The translations under genes were made by a program, and so were the position numbers. Positions 1 through 12,600 of a stretch of DNA of 64,000 nt are shown one piece after another. The notes under the pieces were generated by a model. It made no database searches. It was not told the DNA's origin and was given only the letters and a program-made list of their open reading frames with translations. Source of the DNA: Phoronis australis (Eukaryota; Animalia; Phoronida); the NCBI GenBank assembly GCA_002633005.1, contig NMRA01000836.1, positions 62,315 to 126,314 on the forward strand, written 5' to 3'. Positions within the stretch are counted from its first letter, which is position 1; every line of letters begins with the position of its first letter.

Positions 1-754
1 TTAAGAGAGAGATCTCATGTTTTTTTTGGATAAACATTTTGTCTTAATTTTGACTATAATACCGGGTATGCAAGTTTCAAAGTTTGGAAGTTAAGACAAA
101 TCTTAGACTTAAGTCAAAAATGAACTTAAGGTCACAGTTTCGTGGAATGGGCTACCGTTACAAGACATTAGGTCAGGCCACAATGGGGACGTCACTTGAG
201 TCAGAAATCCGGGACAAGTAGCCAATCCTTACATGCTTAGGCGTATTTTTGAATTCTTGTGTTTGCAATTAAGCAATACTAACTGTGAACAGCAAAATTG
301 ATGACAACGTAAAAAAATGTTGAACATGGCACGCCAGCAGGTCTTTGTAAGGGAATATTCAAGAGTCTGTATTGAAGTTGGCACTCCAATCAAATGTGCA
401 TTCTGCTGCTGTTTGATTGAAATTATCATACAGGTCAGCTATTTTTACAAAGTAACGATATTTGAGTCGTTTCCGAAAAGTTGGAAAAACCTCATGATTT
501 GTGCTGTAAGAAGTTGCACGATGTTTTGCAATTTTTCGCAAAGATTGCTACAATGGCGCACAAATTTCATTTGGGATAGAGTAAACTTTGTCAGTCTCTA
601 ACACACAAAATGCATCTGGAGTTTTCAGTCAACGAAGACATTTTATTCCAAAAACATGGCTGCATGGCTGCCATAGTACCCTTCAACATCGGAAAACTTC
701 ACTTCACACACACTGTACGTAAATTTCTAAGGGCCACGGTTCAAAATGGCGTAC

Positions 755-862
755 CTCAGCTTTATACATTTTCATCAGACCAGAGTTGACCTTTGACCAC
801 TTTTTGACCCCACTGACGTTCCACAGTGAGTTTGAATGCTCCGAAAACTGTCCTTTCTTGAC
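755..862 (-). CDS. PTPA: PTPA exon ([36 protein letters not shown])
   Basis: atttatag| acceptor, |gtacgc donor, 108 nt. Confidence 0.93.
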
Positions 863-3800
863 CTATAAATGATAGACAGACAGATGGTTCTTAAAGGAAG
901 GTAGAAAGGATAACAGTTTCTCCATCAACGAACTATCAGTCGCATTTAACAAATTTGTAAAATTTAATTACTCCAGACTAGAGAAGCCACAAGAAAGTTG
1001 TTTTTCATTTACATGTCTTTAGTGCCAGGCATTTGCCTCTGGCTGCCTTGGGCGCAGAATATGCTGAATCCATGGAAATGCGTTGTTGAATACAGTAATT
1101 ACTTATAAACTGAAAACTATTTGCCAAATTTCATGAAAATGCACCAAATACCTTGGTATCTACATGTCGAGATTTTGTACATTGTATACAGGAGAAGCTC
1201 AAAAGCCATTAGAGAGTGCTGCAGAACTTCATATCGTTCATAAATCCATAAGACAGTCGCCTCTTCTCAATATGAACACATTTTTGTAAAATTTGATTCT
1301 CTTTGAGTGGTTTGGCTGATACAGACTGAGATGCATGACAAAAAAACAAGCAAAATAATAAAAATGGTCATTGAGATCAAAATGCAATTTTATCAATTTT
1401 ACTTTGACACAAAAATTCACAATTTGGTGTCAACACTCTCCTTAAAGAGACACACTCTGAGTTGCCTATGTTAGCGACAAACATTAAGTGGTCAATCACT
1501 TCTGCTAGCTGCCTATGTCTTGGACACACACTAAGTGGTCAATCACTTCGACTAGTTGCCTTTGTCTTGGACAAACGCTAAGTGGTCAATCACTTTGGCT
1601 TGTTGCCTATGTCAGGGACACACATTAAGTGGTCAATGACTGAGACTTGCGTTCATCCTGCATTACCTTGTGGATGTGTTTGATACAAGCCAGGAACATA
1701 TAGTCCTTGGCATATGAACTGGCTATGTCAGGCTCAGGGAACGACGTAGGACTGAGGTACTTATGATCTGAAAACAAAGTTTAACATGTCACTTACTGTA
1801 GCTGAGTCACAGGTAAACTTCTAAAAAATTTTGGTTACGTTTTCAACACAAACATGTGAGGCAGCAGACGTTACAAGTTCATGCCCGCGTATGCACTGTG
1901 TTCCATTTCTTGGAATATAAAATTTGAAATTTGACAGGGGAGGTCAATTTTCTAATGAACGGGGGTATCGCAGCCCAGTGGTGCCCAACCCCCACGACAA
2001 CACCAGTGCCAGTCACTGCAATCCACGTAACATCAGTTTGACCGTCAGTGAAAACAATCAACTCATCAGTTGAGCGCTACCCCGTGTAATGAGGACACGT
2101 AATAAGTAAAGACAAGAATGTTCTTAACTGAAGACTAACCAATCAGTTGAGAGCTGCCCCAGTAGAAGGGAAGGAAGTGATGATCATCCAGGCTTCGCAC
2201 TCCCTGACTGCCTGCAGGTTCCATTCTGTAGGTTAACTGCACCCCACGCATGACCTCAAGGTACCTGAACACAAATGCATATCATGGTAGACATTCGCGA
2301 ATCAATGGTGACTTCAGTATCAGGTTGGACAGACATTGGTCCAGAGTGACACTTCACCATTATCTGTTGGGACTGGTGTCTCATACCCCCTCTGTCAGTC
2401 AAGAGTGACATTTCACTTTAAATTTGCATTACCAGTCCTGCAGTATCGTTTCTATACATGATCAAAATAATATATTCCACAGATTAAGTCAACATTGCGC
2501 AATGAATGCAAACCACAAGTTTAGTACCCCATTATGCCAGCAGGTGGGACCAGTGTCTCTGGGCTCGTGTTGACATAGAATTGTGAAAAGTCCCCAAGTT
2601 TATTACACTATTCCCGAAATGAGACAAGTGAGCTTAAAGCTTACTTGAAACTGTCGGGATGTGTTTGTCCTAATGAATACTGATCAATTTGAAACATGGA
2701 TTGACTGGTTAGGAATGATACAGAACACCCACTTGCCCCCAAACTCTGTGTGACTCGAATCATCTGTCAATACATTGTAATCAATCTGTAAACATAAAAT
2801 GAATCCATTCATAGTTGCCCTCTCGAAAAATGAACCAAAAATTACACAAAAATGACTAAACAGTCACATCCCCAAACATTCACGACACCACTCCAATTCT
2901 GATAATCAACCTATTACCCGTCGTTACCATAGTGACTATGACCTCACCTGTTAAACAGTTTCAACACTGTGGCTGTAGCATCCTCTTGTTTTAAAAAACC
3001 AATTTTGTACAAACAGCAAAGAAACGCTGCAAAGGCAAACTCGTGTCCTGAAATGACAAGGTTTAATACAATGCTCCCTACCAGGCAACACGTAGACACA
3101 AAATTGTTCAAAAACTGAGCATGTGAGCATGAACAGCACATGCGCAGAATTAGGTCATACATAGTCATTTGTAGTGTCACCTAAAAGCCTAAATTAGTTC
3201 GTGTGTGTGACTTCACCATGGTTGGGTTGAAGTGGAGCGAGACTACATGTACAAGTACCTATCTATACTGTGTGTTGGTCAGTTTACTATGGTGGGGTTG
3301 AAGTGTACTGTGACTACATGACTGTACAAGTGCTATTTGTACTGTGTGTTAGTCAGTTCACCATGGTTGGGTTGAAGTGTACTAATCTTTGACTACATGA
3401 CTGTACAAGTGTCTTTCTATACTGTGTGTTGATCAGTTCACTATGGTTGAGTTGAAGTGTACCGTGACTACATGTACAAGTGTCTATCTATACTGTGTGT
3501 TAGTCAGTTCACTGGGTTGCACTAAACATGACAACATTACCTGTGCCGTAGTCAATCCTTGTAGAGTTACCCACACTTTCCTTCAGATAGCAGGCAATTT
3601 CTGGTGCTGCCTTTTTATATTTTTCACCAAACGCAGCCTCAAGTTGACACTCCGCATTCTATAAAACCAAGTCAAAAGACAGTCATGTGACATATACATG
3701 ATCTCTACATATACATCATCTCCTTTATGTAAATGTACAAGCTGTGGGAATGTGCACAACATGTGCAAATACTATATACCAAGTCTAATCACTTACAGAC

Positions 3801-6800
3801 AATATGTCATATAACAATCTCACAACATCTAATGCACTTGTTGCTAGTCGCCAGTTGCATGTTATTTTTGCTGATCATCTTTTGTGTTCATCTCAATAGG
3901 GTTGTCTTCCACATACGGTAAAATCTAACCAATTTTGGTAATAAATAAATGTTACTACCAAATTGTTTGGTTTCAATGAACTTTTTAACTTGTGAAAGGT
4001 CACATTTTTTAAATTTCTGGTTGTAACTGTGGTATAGAGCTAGACACTAATTTTGTGCAACATATGTGTCGTGGAAAAAATGACCTGAGCAAAATTTAAA
4101 CTTTCTGTCACATTTTGTCCTAAATCTGTGAGATTTTATGGCAATGCAGTCTCAACCAATTCATAATTTAGCATTTAATGTACGCGTAACCTTGACAATA
4201 ACTACATAGCTGATACAACAAGAAAATATGATATGCAATACAAACCTGTTCTACCCTAGCAAACCAATCCCTGAACGCTGTATTTCCGAACCTCTGTGGC
4301 TGATCTACAGGTGGTATTTCATGCAGCCATGTTTCCCACGAGTTCAGTATGTCCACAAGGGCGGAAATATTCTGTAATGAAAATAAAAAAATAAGTACTT
4401 ATATTTTTATGGATTGAATAGCATTGGGCAGTTTGCTCAATCGTTACATTGAAGTTGCCAGAAGCCTGACACCATTAGCACTATCATTACATTTTGACAG
4501 AACAGTAACAGTCAAGTAGACGTATGGCTAATCTGAGACGATGTGAAGTTGACTGCTAGTTTCACAATCATAACACCATCATAACCGTAGCATATAGTAA
4601 ATGTACTAACCCAAGACAACATGAAGTTGTCTGTTAGTTTCACAATCAAAACACCATCATTACCATATCACGTAGTAATGTACTAACCCAAGACGACGTG
4701 AAGTTGTCTGTTAGCTTCAGTCTTAACAACATCATTACCACATCACGTAGTAATGTACTAACCCAAGACAACATGAAGTTGACTGTTAAGTTTCACAATC
4801 ATAACACCATCATTACCGTAGCATATAGTAATGTACTAACCCAAGACGATGTGAAGTTGACTGTTAGTTTCACAATCATAACACCATCATTACCATATCA
4901 TGTAGTAATGTACTAACCCAAGACAACATGAAGTTGTCTGTTAGTTTCACAATCATAACACCATCATTACCGTAGCATATAGTAATGTACTAACCCAAGA
5001 CAATGTGAAGTTGACTGTTAGTTTCACAATCATAACACCATCATTACCATATCATGTAGTAATGTACTAACCCAAGACAACATGAAGTTGTCTGTTAGTT
5101 TCACAATCATAACACCATCATTACCGTAGCATATAGTAATGTACTAACCCAAGACAATGTGAAGTTGACTGTTAGTTTCACAATCATAACACCATCATTA
5201 CCATATCATGTAGTAATGTACTAACCCAAGACAACATGAAGTTGTCTGTTAGTTTCACAATCATAACACCATCATTACCGTAGCATATAGTAATGTACTA
5301 ACCCAAGACAATGTGAAGTTGACTGTTAGTTTCACAATCATAACACCATCATTACCATATCATGTAGTAATGTACTAACCCAAGACGACGTGAAGTTGAC
5401 TGTTACCTTCACAATCATAACACCATCATTACCGTAGCATATAGTAATGTACTAACCCAAGACGATGTGAAGTTGACTGTTAGTTTCACAATCATAACAC
5501 CATCATTACCATATCACGTACTAATGTACTAACCCNATAGCGGAGCTGACCAGCGACTAGCATTAGTTCTTCGAATTGCGCATGAATCATAGCGGAGCTG
5601 ACCAGCGACTAGCATTAGTTCGTCGAATTGCGCATGGCATGGATCGGACTTCCCGGCGACTCGGACGCCACGACACCTGCCACCCGTGGCGGGAGCACGG
5701 CTTATGTCTTGACTAACACCTGCTTCTAAATCTGGATTTAAACAAAATGACAAAGTCCACGCTTACACATATGCAAGCGTATCCAATAAATGTATTTTCA
5801 TGTGAAACCATTCAATTTTCTTTGAACATTGACTTGTGTGAGTTCTTAATTTTCTTAGATCTGCCCAATCAGGTTAGAACTGCGTTTCAAGTCATTCGCT
5901 TTTGGCACCGGAGGGTTCAAATTGGAAGTTCGCGTCGTATGACATCGTATGACGTCATATGACGTAGGAGATGCGAGCCTCATTTGCATATATAAGTGAC
6001 ATCTGTTGGTTCAAAAAAGAGGATCATGCCCGAGTACATGCCTGGGAAGAGGCATCTTTTTAAGTGTAAAACAAGTCATGTTCAAAGCAACCTAGTGCCA
6101 TTAATATGCAGTCTTTGGGGACCAAACTGGTGTCATTTTATAGCTAAAGAGTTAAGCTTTCGAACACAATGTTTGGATTCCAGACGACTTAAACACTTAC
6201 TTTTGAAATCACTTTTGAATATCCGTTAAAATGCGCTAAAACAGTTGTCCCTTCCTGGTTATCTCTTCCTGCTAACATACATGTTTTTGTATTGATGAAA
6301 AACATCAACACACGTGTGATAGCAAACCACCATCGTTAATAAAGTAGGCCTTTTACAATACAGCAGCCCCATCACGAACCCCATTTAGCGCCAAAAAAAT
6401 TGAGATGGTGCTCCCCCCAATCAAAGCCTGTGACATCATCAAATTTGGCTTTCACTGTCTCCATCGCATTGGAGTCGGCGATGACTGGCCGTTTAATTTA
6501 GTGCAAAATACATGGAAAATGAAGGAAACACACATAAATTGCTCATTCCATGTCAGTTGAAATTCAAATTGATCAAAGTCATTACCTTTAAGACTATTTC
6601 TTCAATTAATTAGCACACATTCTAAAACGGGCTCATATGGGAATCCCCACGTAGATGACTGGAGTCGCCTTAAGAGTCGAGAAAATAAAATGCTTCATAC
6701 AAATAGTCTTATCGGGCAGTTTTACAAAGTCAATGTTTATAAAAAAGGTGTAGCTTACTTGATACAAGAGTTATCATGCAGCCTGGGTAGTTTTGCTAGT

Positions 6801-9254
6801 CATGATGTCGTGAAACTTATGTAGAGCCAATGACTCGCAGGGGTGCATGCAAAACTTAGGAGTAAACCAACATTCACCTTTCCCGTTGCAGCCATTTAAG
6901 TGGAAAACAATCTAATAAACATCATTTTCTTGCATAATTCTCCGTCTTTTGTAACAAAGAAAACTCTATTGTCATTTTGAAAACAGCTTGTGACAAACGT
7001 ACATGCCATTTCCTAAAATTTTGTGATGATCTCTCAGGAGATGATGACAGCTTTGCAACAGCAAAATTTAGGTTCTTGGTATTAGGATTCTAAAAACTTG
7101 TAACGAAATGAAACCAGTTCTGTTAATTTGTTTTGACACCTACCAAACCTCGTGGAAGAGAGCAGTTGATTGAAGAACTGAGGAATAGAAACTGGCCAAT
7201 AGGTGACAGCGCCCAAAGGTAACCCAAAAAAGCGCAATACAATTTTAGCACCAGATGAATGGTAGAACACCAATTTTTCCAACACCGGTAAATAATATAG
7301 TTTATTCAAAGAAGACCTACAAGAAATGACACTCACCTGTTGCGTAGTGAGGTTTAAGGGGAATTTTGTTGGCACAATGATGTCATATGTACCACTTTAC
7401 ATTGATTGGTCGAAAATTTCTCTGGGGCGCTCGAAGGGGTTTACGGGTGGTGTACTTTACGTCACAATTACTTTTTGTGGTATACCATATGCAAGAAACA
7501 AAAACAATATTTTATTAAAAAACACTTGTATTTCTGGTGTCAAAAGGGTGTTTTGGTCGCTGGAGGCTATCTTTAAACGGCTCTAAGTGTTGGATGACTC
7601 TAGCTTGCTGGTCATTAGCTCTATTCAAATAGGTCAAATGATACAAGTTTCAGGACGTGACGAGTAGAATGGTGACATTTCGAGGTCTATTAGAGGAAAA
7701 CAGACAGCATAGTGGTACACAGTCTAGACCTAGCTGTAACAAGCACTGCTAGAAGTAACCGGATAATCTACACTATAGACAGTAGCACTAGATGTAGGAG
7801 GCTAGGAGAGGTAGTCCGACTCCAAGTCCTACTTTAGCACTACTCCTACATTAAGCAACTACATTGCCTTGGATGCCGCAGGCTTCACTACTGACTGGCT
7901 ACACAAACCCTAGCCTTGGTACAAAGCTGTATATACAGCTTTGTACCGATGTGGGTAAAAAGGTGGTAAGATAAAATCTGACACAAAATTAGTGTCATTA
8001 AAAACTACAGTGTTCCTTGAGTTAATTAAATTATTTAACGATGTTGGAAAAAGTGGCGTTCTACCGTTATTCTGCTGCTAAAGTTGTGGAGCAATCTTTA
8101 GTGACGGCTTTCGACGTCACCTATTGGTTAGTTTCTCTTTTCGCCAATTCTTCAATCAAATGTTGCTTTTTCACGAGGTTGCGTACACGTCACAACAAAT
8201 TATCGGATCTGGTTTCACTTTATTATGAGTTTTCAGAATTTTGGTACTGAAAACCTGAATTTCAGAAGAAATTTTGCTGCTGCCAAGCTATCATCATCTC
8301 CCGAGAGATGTCACAAAAATTTAGGAAATGGCGCTTGTGTGTGACACGAGCGTACGTTTTTCAAAACGACAACACATTTTTCATTGTCAGAAAAGGCGGA
8401 GAGTTACGCAAGAAAATGACGTTTATTGCATTGTTTAAACGGCTGTAAGGAGAAGGTTAGTGTAGGTTGATTCCCAGATTTTGCAGCACCCCGTCCGGCC
8501 TTTAGTTTTACATGTTGATACAAGTTTCACGGTGTGGTGACGAGCAGACCTACCCTGGCTATGTGCGGAAGAAAAACACACAGTGATACCTACTTCTAGC
8601 TGTAGTTTGACGACAGTCTTCATACAGCTACTGACTCCTGGGCCCGGTCTCCAATCTTTTTACTCGAAATGGAACTCGAAATCAGTTCTGGTATTTTCTA
8701 CTCTACTTTTGGGCGAACTCAAGATAAGTGTCTATTATTCTATGCTCAAGTACACAATAACTTACGTAAATAATTTATTGCCCTTAGTTCACAGTTTGTA
8801 AACCCAATATCAAAGCAATAAGTTCGAGTTTGAACTCGAAATTTCGTGTTTTACTCGAGTTTGTAAGAAATCAATATAAGAGTCTTCAAGGGCAAACTTG
8901 AACTAGAAACTCCTATGCATAAACTATAATGTATTCGAACACAGTCTGATAACCAATTATCTTAAGTTCGCAAAAAGGAGCAGAGAAATTGCCAAAAATA
9001 GTTTCGAGTTCGTTTCGAGTAGAAAGATTAGAATTTAGAGACCGGGCCCTGAGCTAGCTGGCTGGCTACACAAACCCCAAAATTGATGTATATGGAAGCG
9101 TATAAGAGCAATTTAATCAAACTTGTAAAAAAAAGTTAGCCAGTTTCATGAAATTATGACAGCTGCGCTGATCCAGTTCAGACGCTGTCTAATGATAATG
9201 AAAACCAATTTTATAATACACACCGGGGGTATCCGAGGACGAGTTGTCTGCCAT
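755..9254 (-). CDS. PTPA: Serine/threonine-protein phosphatase 2A activator (PTPA/PPP2R4), spliced, incomplete
   Basis: Exons 9224-9254, 4246-4371, 3541-3658, 2948-3047, 2140-2264, 1667-1767 and 755-862, all with GT-AG sites; phases are consistent from 4371 to 755. Motifs [35 protein letters not shown] and [25 protein letters not shown]. Expected exons 2-3 were not found (probably lost at the N join 5536) and the last exon probably lies left of the window. Confidence 0.95.
1461..1640. repeat. About 47-bp minisatellite, about 4 copies
   Basis: Recurring gttgcctatgtcttggacacacactaagtggtcaatcactt. Confidence 0.85.
1667..1767 (-). CDS. PTPA: PTPA exon ([34 protein letters not shown])
   Basis: ttttcag| acceptor, |gtaatg donor; KDYMFL motif. 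Confidence 0.92.
2140..2264 (-). CDS. PTPA: PTPA exon ([41 protein letters not shown])
   Basis: gttcag| acceptor, |gttagt donor; EPAGS..LDD motif. Confidence 0.94.
2948..3047 (-). CDS. PTPA: PTPA exon ([34 protein letters not shown])
   Basis: atttcag| acceptor, |gtgagg donor; lies in ORF 2944..3180. Confidence 0.94.
3212..3515. repeat. About 72-bp minisatellite, about 4 diverged copies
   Basis: Recurring ttcaccatggttgggttgaagtgtac..gactacatg..tactgtgtgttagtcag. Confidence 0.85.
3541..3658 (-). CDS. PTPA: PTPA exon ([39 protein letters not shown])
   Basis: ttttatag| acceptor, |gtaatg donor; GNSTRIDYG motif. Confidence 0.94.
4246..4371 (-). CDS. PTPA: PTPA exon ([42 protein letters not shown])
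   Basis: cattacag| acceptor, |gtttgt donor; lies in ORF 4168..4356. Confidence 0.94.
4535..5535. repeat. 77-bp tandem repeat, about 13 copies, alternating A/B variants, cut by N5536
   Basis: gaagttg(a/t)ctgttagtttcacaatcataacaccatcattacc.. recurs at 5161, 5238 and 5315. Confidence 0.95.
6885..8447. repeat. Diverged inverted repeat pair (about 6885-7300 and 8030-8447)
   Basis: e.g. gccatttcctaaaattttgtga versus tcacaaaaatttaggaaatggc; tttttccaaca versus tgttggaaaaa. Confidence 0.7.
8641..9048. mobile_element. MITE, PIF/Harbinger-like
   Basis: TIR GGCCCGGTCTC / GAGACCGGGCC, CTG duplicated on both flanks; second copy inverted at 37279-37679. Confidence 0.85.
9224..9254 (-). CDS. PTPA: PTPA first coding exon ([10 protein letters not shown])
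   Basis: Good Kozak context aacATGg, 31 nt then |gtgtgt donor; same length and phase as I recall for vertebrate PTPA exon 1; divergent from CRAT exon 1. Confidence 0.65.
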
Positions 9255-9629
9255 GTTGACCTATTTTTATTAGACGGTTGAAACCAAGCTGGAACAGGGT
9301 ATAGATGGGTATTTTTCATGTACAAGCGCGTATCATCCAAATGTTTTCAGGCTTTTTTGAACATATTAAACATCTTTAAATAAGTATTGGTGTTTATTTT
9401 GTATCAAAATTGTCAATAATAGAACAAGGATTTCACAACTTTTCACAATTTTTTGTTAAGTACATCTTAAGTCACCCTTTTAAGTTTAGTATTGTGATCC
9501 AATCTCTTTCCTTCTCGACTTCACGCATGCTCATTAAAAGTCAACAAGTTCGTAGGGCACTTGACACTGCACTGGACTTTGAGTTTTTGCAAGTTTACTC
9601 ACATCATATCGTCTGGTCAGATTGTAAAT
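9255..9629. promoter_or_regulatory. Putative bidirectional promoter and 5'UTRs shared by PTPA and CRAT
   Basis: 375-bp interval between divergent start codons at 9254 (minus) and 9630 (plus). Confidence 0.6.
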
Positions 9630-9656
9630 ATGCTTCGGACTGCGTGTAGAATCATG
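9630..9656 (+). CDS. CRAT: CRAT exon 1 (MLRTACRIM)
   Basis: aatATG, 9 codons, perfect |gtgagt donor, phase 0 matching exon 2. Confidence 0.7.
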
Positions 9657-12600
9657 GTGAGTCACGTGTGTGGCGTGGGCACTTTTTACTAGATATTTAG
9701 ATATTATTTCATCTTAAGAATTATTCGAGAAATGATACTAATTACTGCCTGCAAGTGCAAATTGAAAACATTACTACTTGAGGCCATTGGCATAGAGCAG
9801 TAGCATTATGCAGACAACTGTCAATATTGGGTCAATGAATGATATGAACTGGTCTCTCCTCATACACTGAGACAGGTGTTAAGTTAGTGGTTTGAGAACG
9901 TTCTACAAATATAACCAAAAGTCAGTGGTCTTCTAGTGAATTATGCCTAGACCCTGGTATTCTTATGGTGTTGGTGCTCAAACATTTCCTAGACACATAA
10001 CATTATAATTTTATTGTCGTGATGGACTGTCCGGTAGGCCGGCTTCTCTGGCCCGTCAGAAACCGCTAGGCTTTCTGCTCGATTGCTCTTTATTACAGCA
10101 CTTTAAGATAAGAGTTGCAAGACATTTGATTGCATCTTTCATTTCTTGTTTTTGTTGACAAAAACAGAAATCACATTTGAATTCTTCATAAAAGTTGAAG
10201 TGTTGGCCCCCTTTTTCCCACAAAAATCGGTCAAGTTTTGTGGGATATAGATGTAATTCGTATCAGCTGATTTGATAGTCTATCCAGTATTACTGATGCG
10301 CTTCACCATTTGTGAAAGAAACATTTTTTATGCCTTAAACTGACAATTCATCAACAAAGGTACATATTGCAGCTGCTGAGAGATTAATTTTATTTGAACA
10401 TAAGTAAAAATAACAAATGCTATGCTTTGTCTCGGTGACTTAACAACAGTCTACTTGGCGCAGTGAACTGAGGGGTTAGCCTCTGGTTTCTACTTGTGTG
10501 TGCAGATGCGCATTGTCTAAAACATTAAATGGAAAGTTCAAATGGAGTCTGCATGTGTATCCCACTCCAGTATCGACTTTTGTTACTCACAATTCAGCAA
10601 TGCCTTTGTCCCAAGTAGGGCACCTCGCCTCTATTCTGATTCGAAGTGCTTAGTCTTTTTTCCGCAAGTTGTTTTTCCGTGGGCGAAGAGAAAAGGGAGG
10701 CTGGCCAGATCCGTACTCTCCTTTAGCTCTGGTAATTGGGCGACTAAATTGCCTAGGTGACGTCAGTAAGTCGGCTTAATTTCACTCCCTTCAGCATCCA
10801 CCATGTAATGTATACTTCTTTGGACCTGTCGCCGCCAAACTTGATATTCTGTTTTGCAGCAATCATCGCCTATATTTCGCCACATTTCGCTCGTGTTTTG
10901 TTTTGTTTTGTCACCATTCGCCCATAAGAAAATTCTTGCACTCTTCGCTGTCTTTTTGTTTATTTCTACGTGATGTTACACGGGCACACCCGAATGTTTA
11001 CAAACCATTCATTACGCCGTAGTACGGGACTCGACTGTTTACAAACAAACAAAACCAATGTCACAGTACATGTTGGGGACCACGTGGGACAAGGAAAGGT
11101 CACCGACAAAATTTTAACTAAAAACATTGTATACAAAGAAGCTTTATTAACCGTTACAAATTTTTTTCTTCACAAGTTCTGTCCTGAGTACTGCATATTT
11201 TGTGCACAATGTAGTGTAATACTATGCCTCACATTCTCGCGGTCTTCAATTCATTTCCGAAGTGTGTAGAAATGCTTGAACGTCTTGGCCATAGTGTGAA
11301 AATTTGTTGTGCCTCACAATCTCATGTTCTGTTTTGCTGAGAAGAATTGTAGTATGAAAATTGATAATGAGACTTTTATAAATACACTGAGACTATTTTG
11401 TATACAAATGCTACTTAAGACAGATTTTATTAGAAAAAAGCATTTGTATAAGATCTCTTATTATGGCACTGTTGCATAGACGTGTCACAGTGCCATCGTG
11501 TTTACGTAAATTTGTGATTACAAACGGTTTTCATTAAGTCAGTCCGGAGTGCTGCATTTGTACACAATGGTGTGTACATCTATTATTGTACCTCGCAATT
11601 GCATTGTTTTTATTGCTGAGAATTCTTTACACGTCTTGACCCAGTCATCCTTTGCATGTGCATTTATGATGAGACTTTTGTAAATGTATTTAAACTATTT
11701 TGTCTATAAATACTTCTTAAGACAGATTTTGTAAAAAAAAACATTTGTTTGTATATTAAGCTCTCTTATTATCGCACTGTTGCATAGTGTCATCGCGTTT
11801 ATGAAAATTTAGTATTACTAACAGTTTTCATTCATTAATTCAGTCCCGAGTGCTGCATATGTACATAATCGTGTGTATATGTAGTACTGTATATCACAAT
11901 TTCATTACTTTTATTGCTGAGAATTGTTTACACGTCTTCATCCACTTACCCTTAGTATTCATTTATGGTCTGATTACTTTGTCTTCAACAAATGCATTTT
12001 TAAAGTTTTCCCTTTAAAGAATAGCTGATTACCATACAGTATGTTACGGCACGATCAAATGTTCTGGAAAGATAAATATTTGTACTGCCTGGTGTAAGAA
12101 TCCGCAGCCGCATATCCTGCGTTAAGCTGACAGAAATTCTGATTGAACCTTTAAAATGAGACGGTCTCCTCAAACAATATCCCTGTCTCTTTCCATGAAC
12201 ACTAAATGTTCATGTCAAGGTGTAGCTATTTCCCACAAGTCATTTCCCATAAACTATGTACATGTAACTGCCACCTGCGCTTTTGCACTTGATGTCTCTC
12301 CAACGAAACGCAGTCACATATTTTGAGACTTCAGTATCTGACAAATTTTGCCTCCCAAAGCAAGCTTTAAAATTGGCCACTGGATTCTAAATTGGGAGCC
12401 TGTACATTCTTATTCTCAATGAATGAAAGTATGGTAGATCACATGTGGTCAGACTATGTTCATTACATGTAGCTCCAGACCCACAAAGGCCTATTCAAAT
12501 CACTGATAAAAGCTTGACAGCTTATACTTCCTGAAGCTCCTAAGTTTGTTTAACAGTCAAAATAAGGTTATGATGGGAGACTTTGTATGATAGAAATAGG

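Noticed and set aside
4535-5535. Regular array resembling CRISPR
   Set aside because: No unique spacers, eukaryotic intron context, no cas genes
7337-7500. Minus-strand CAG|GTGAGT donor as candidate PTPA exon 2 or 3
   Set aside because: The upstream sequence did not resemble PTPA
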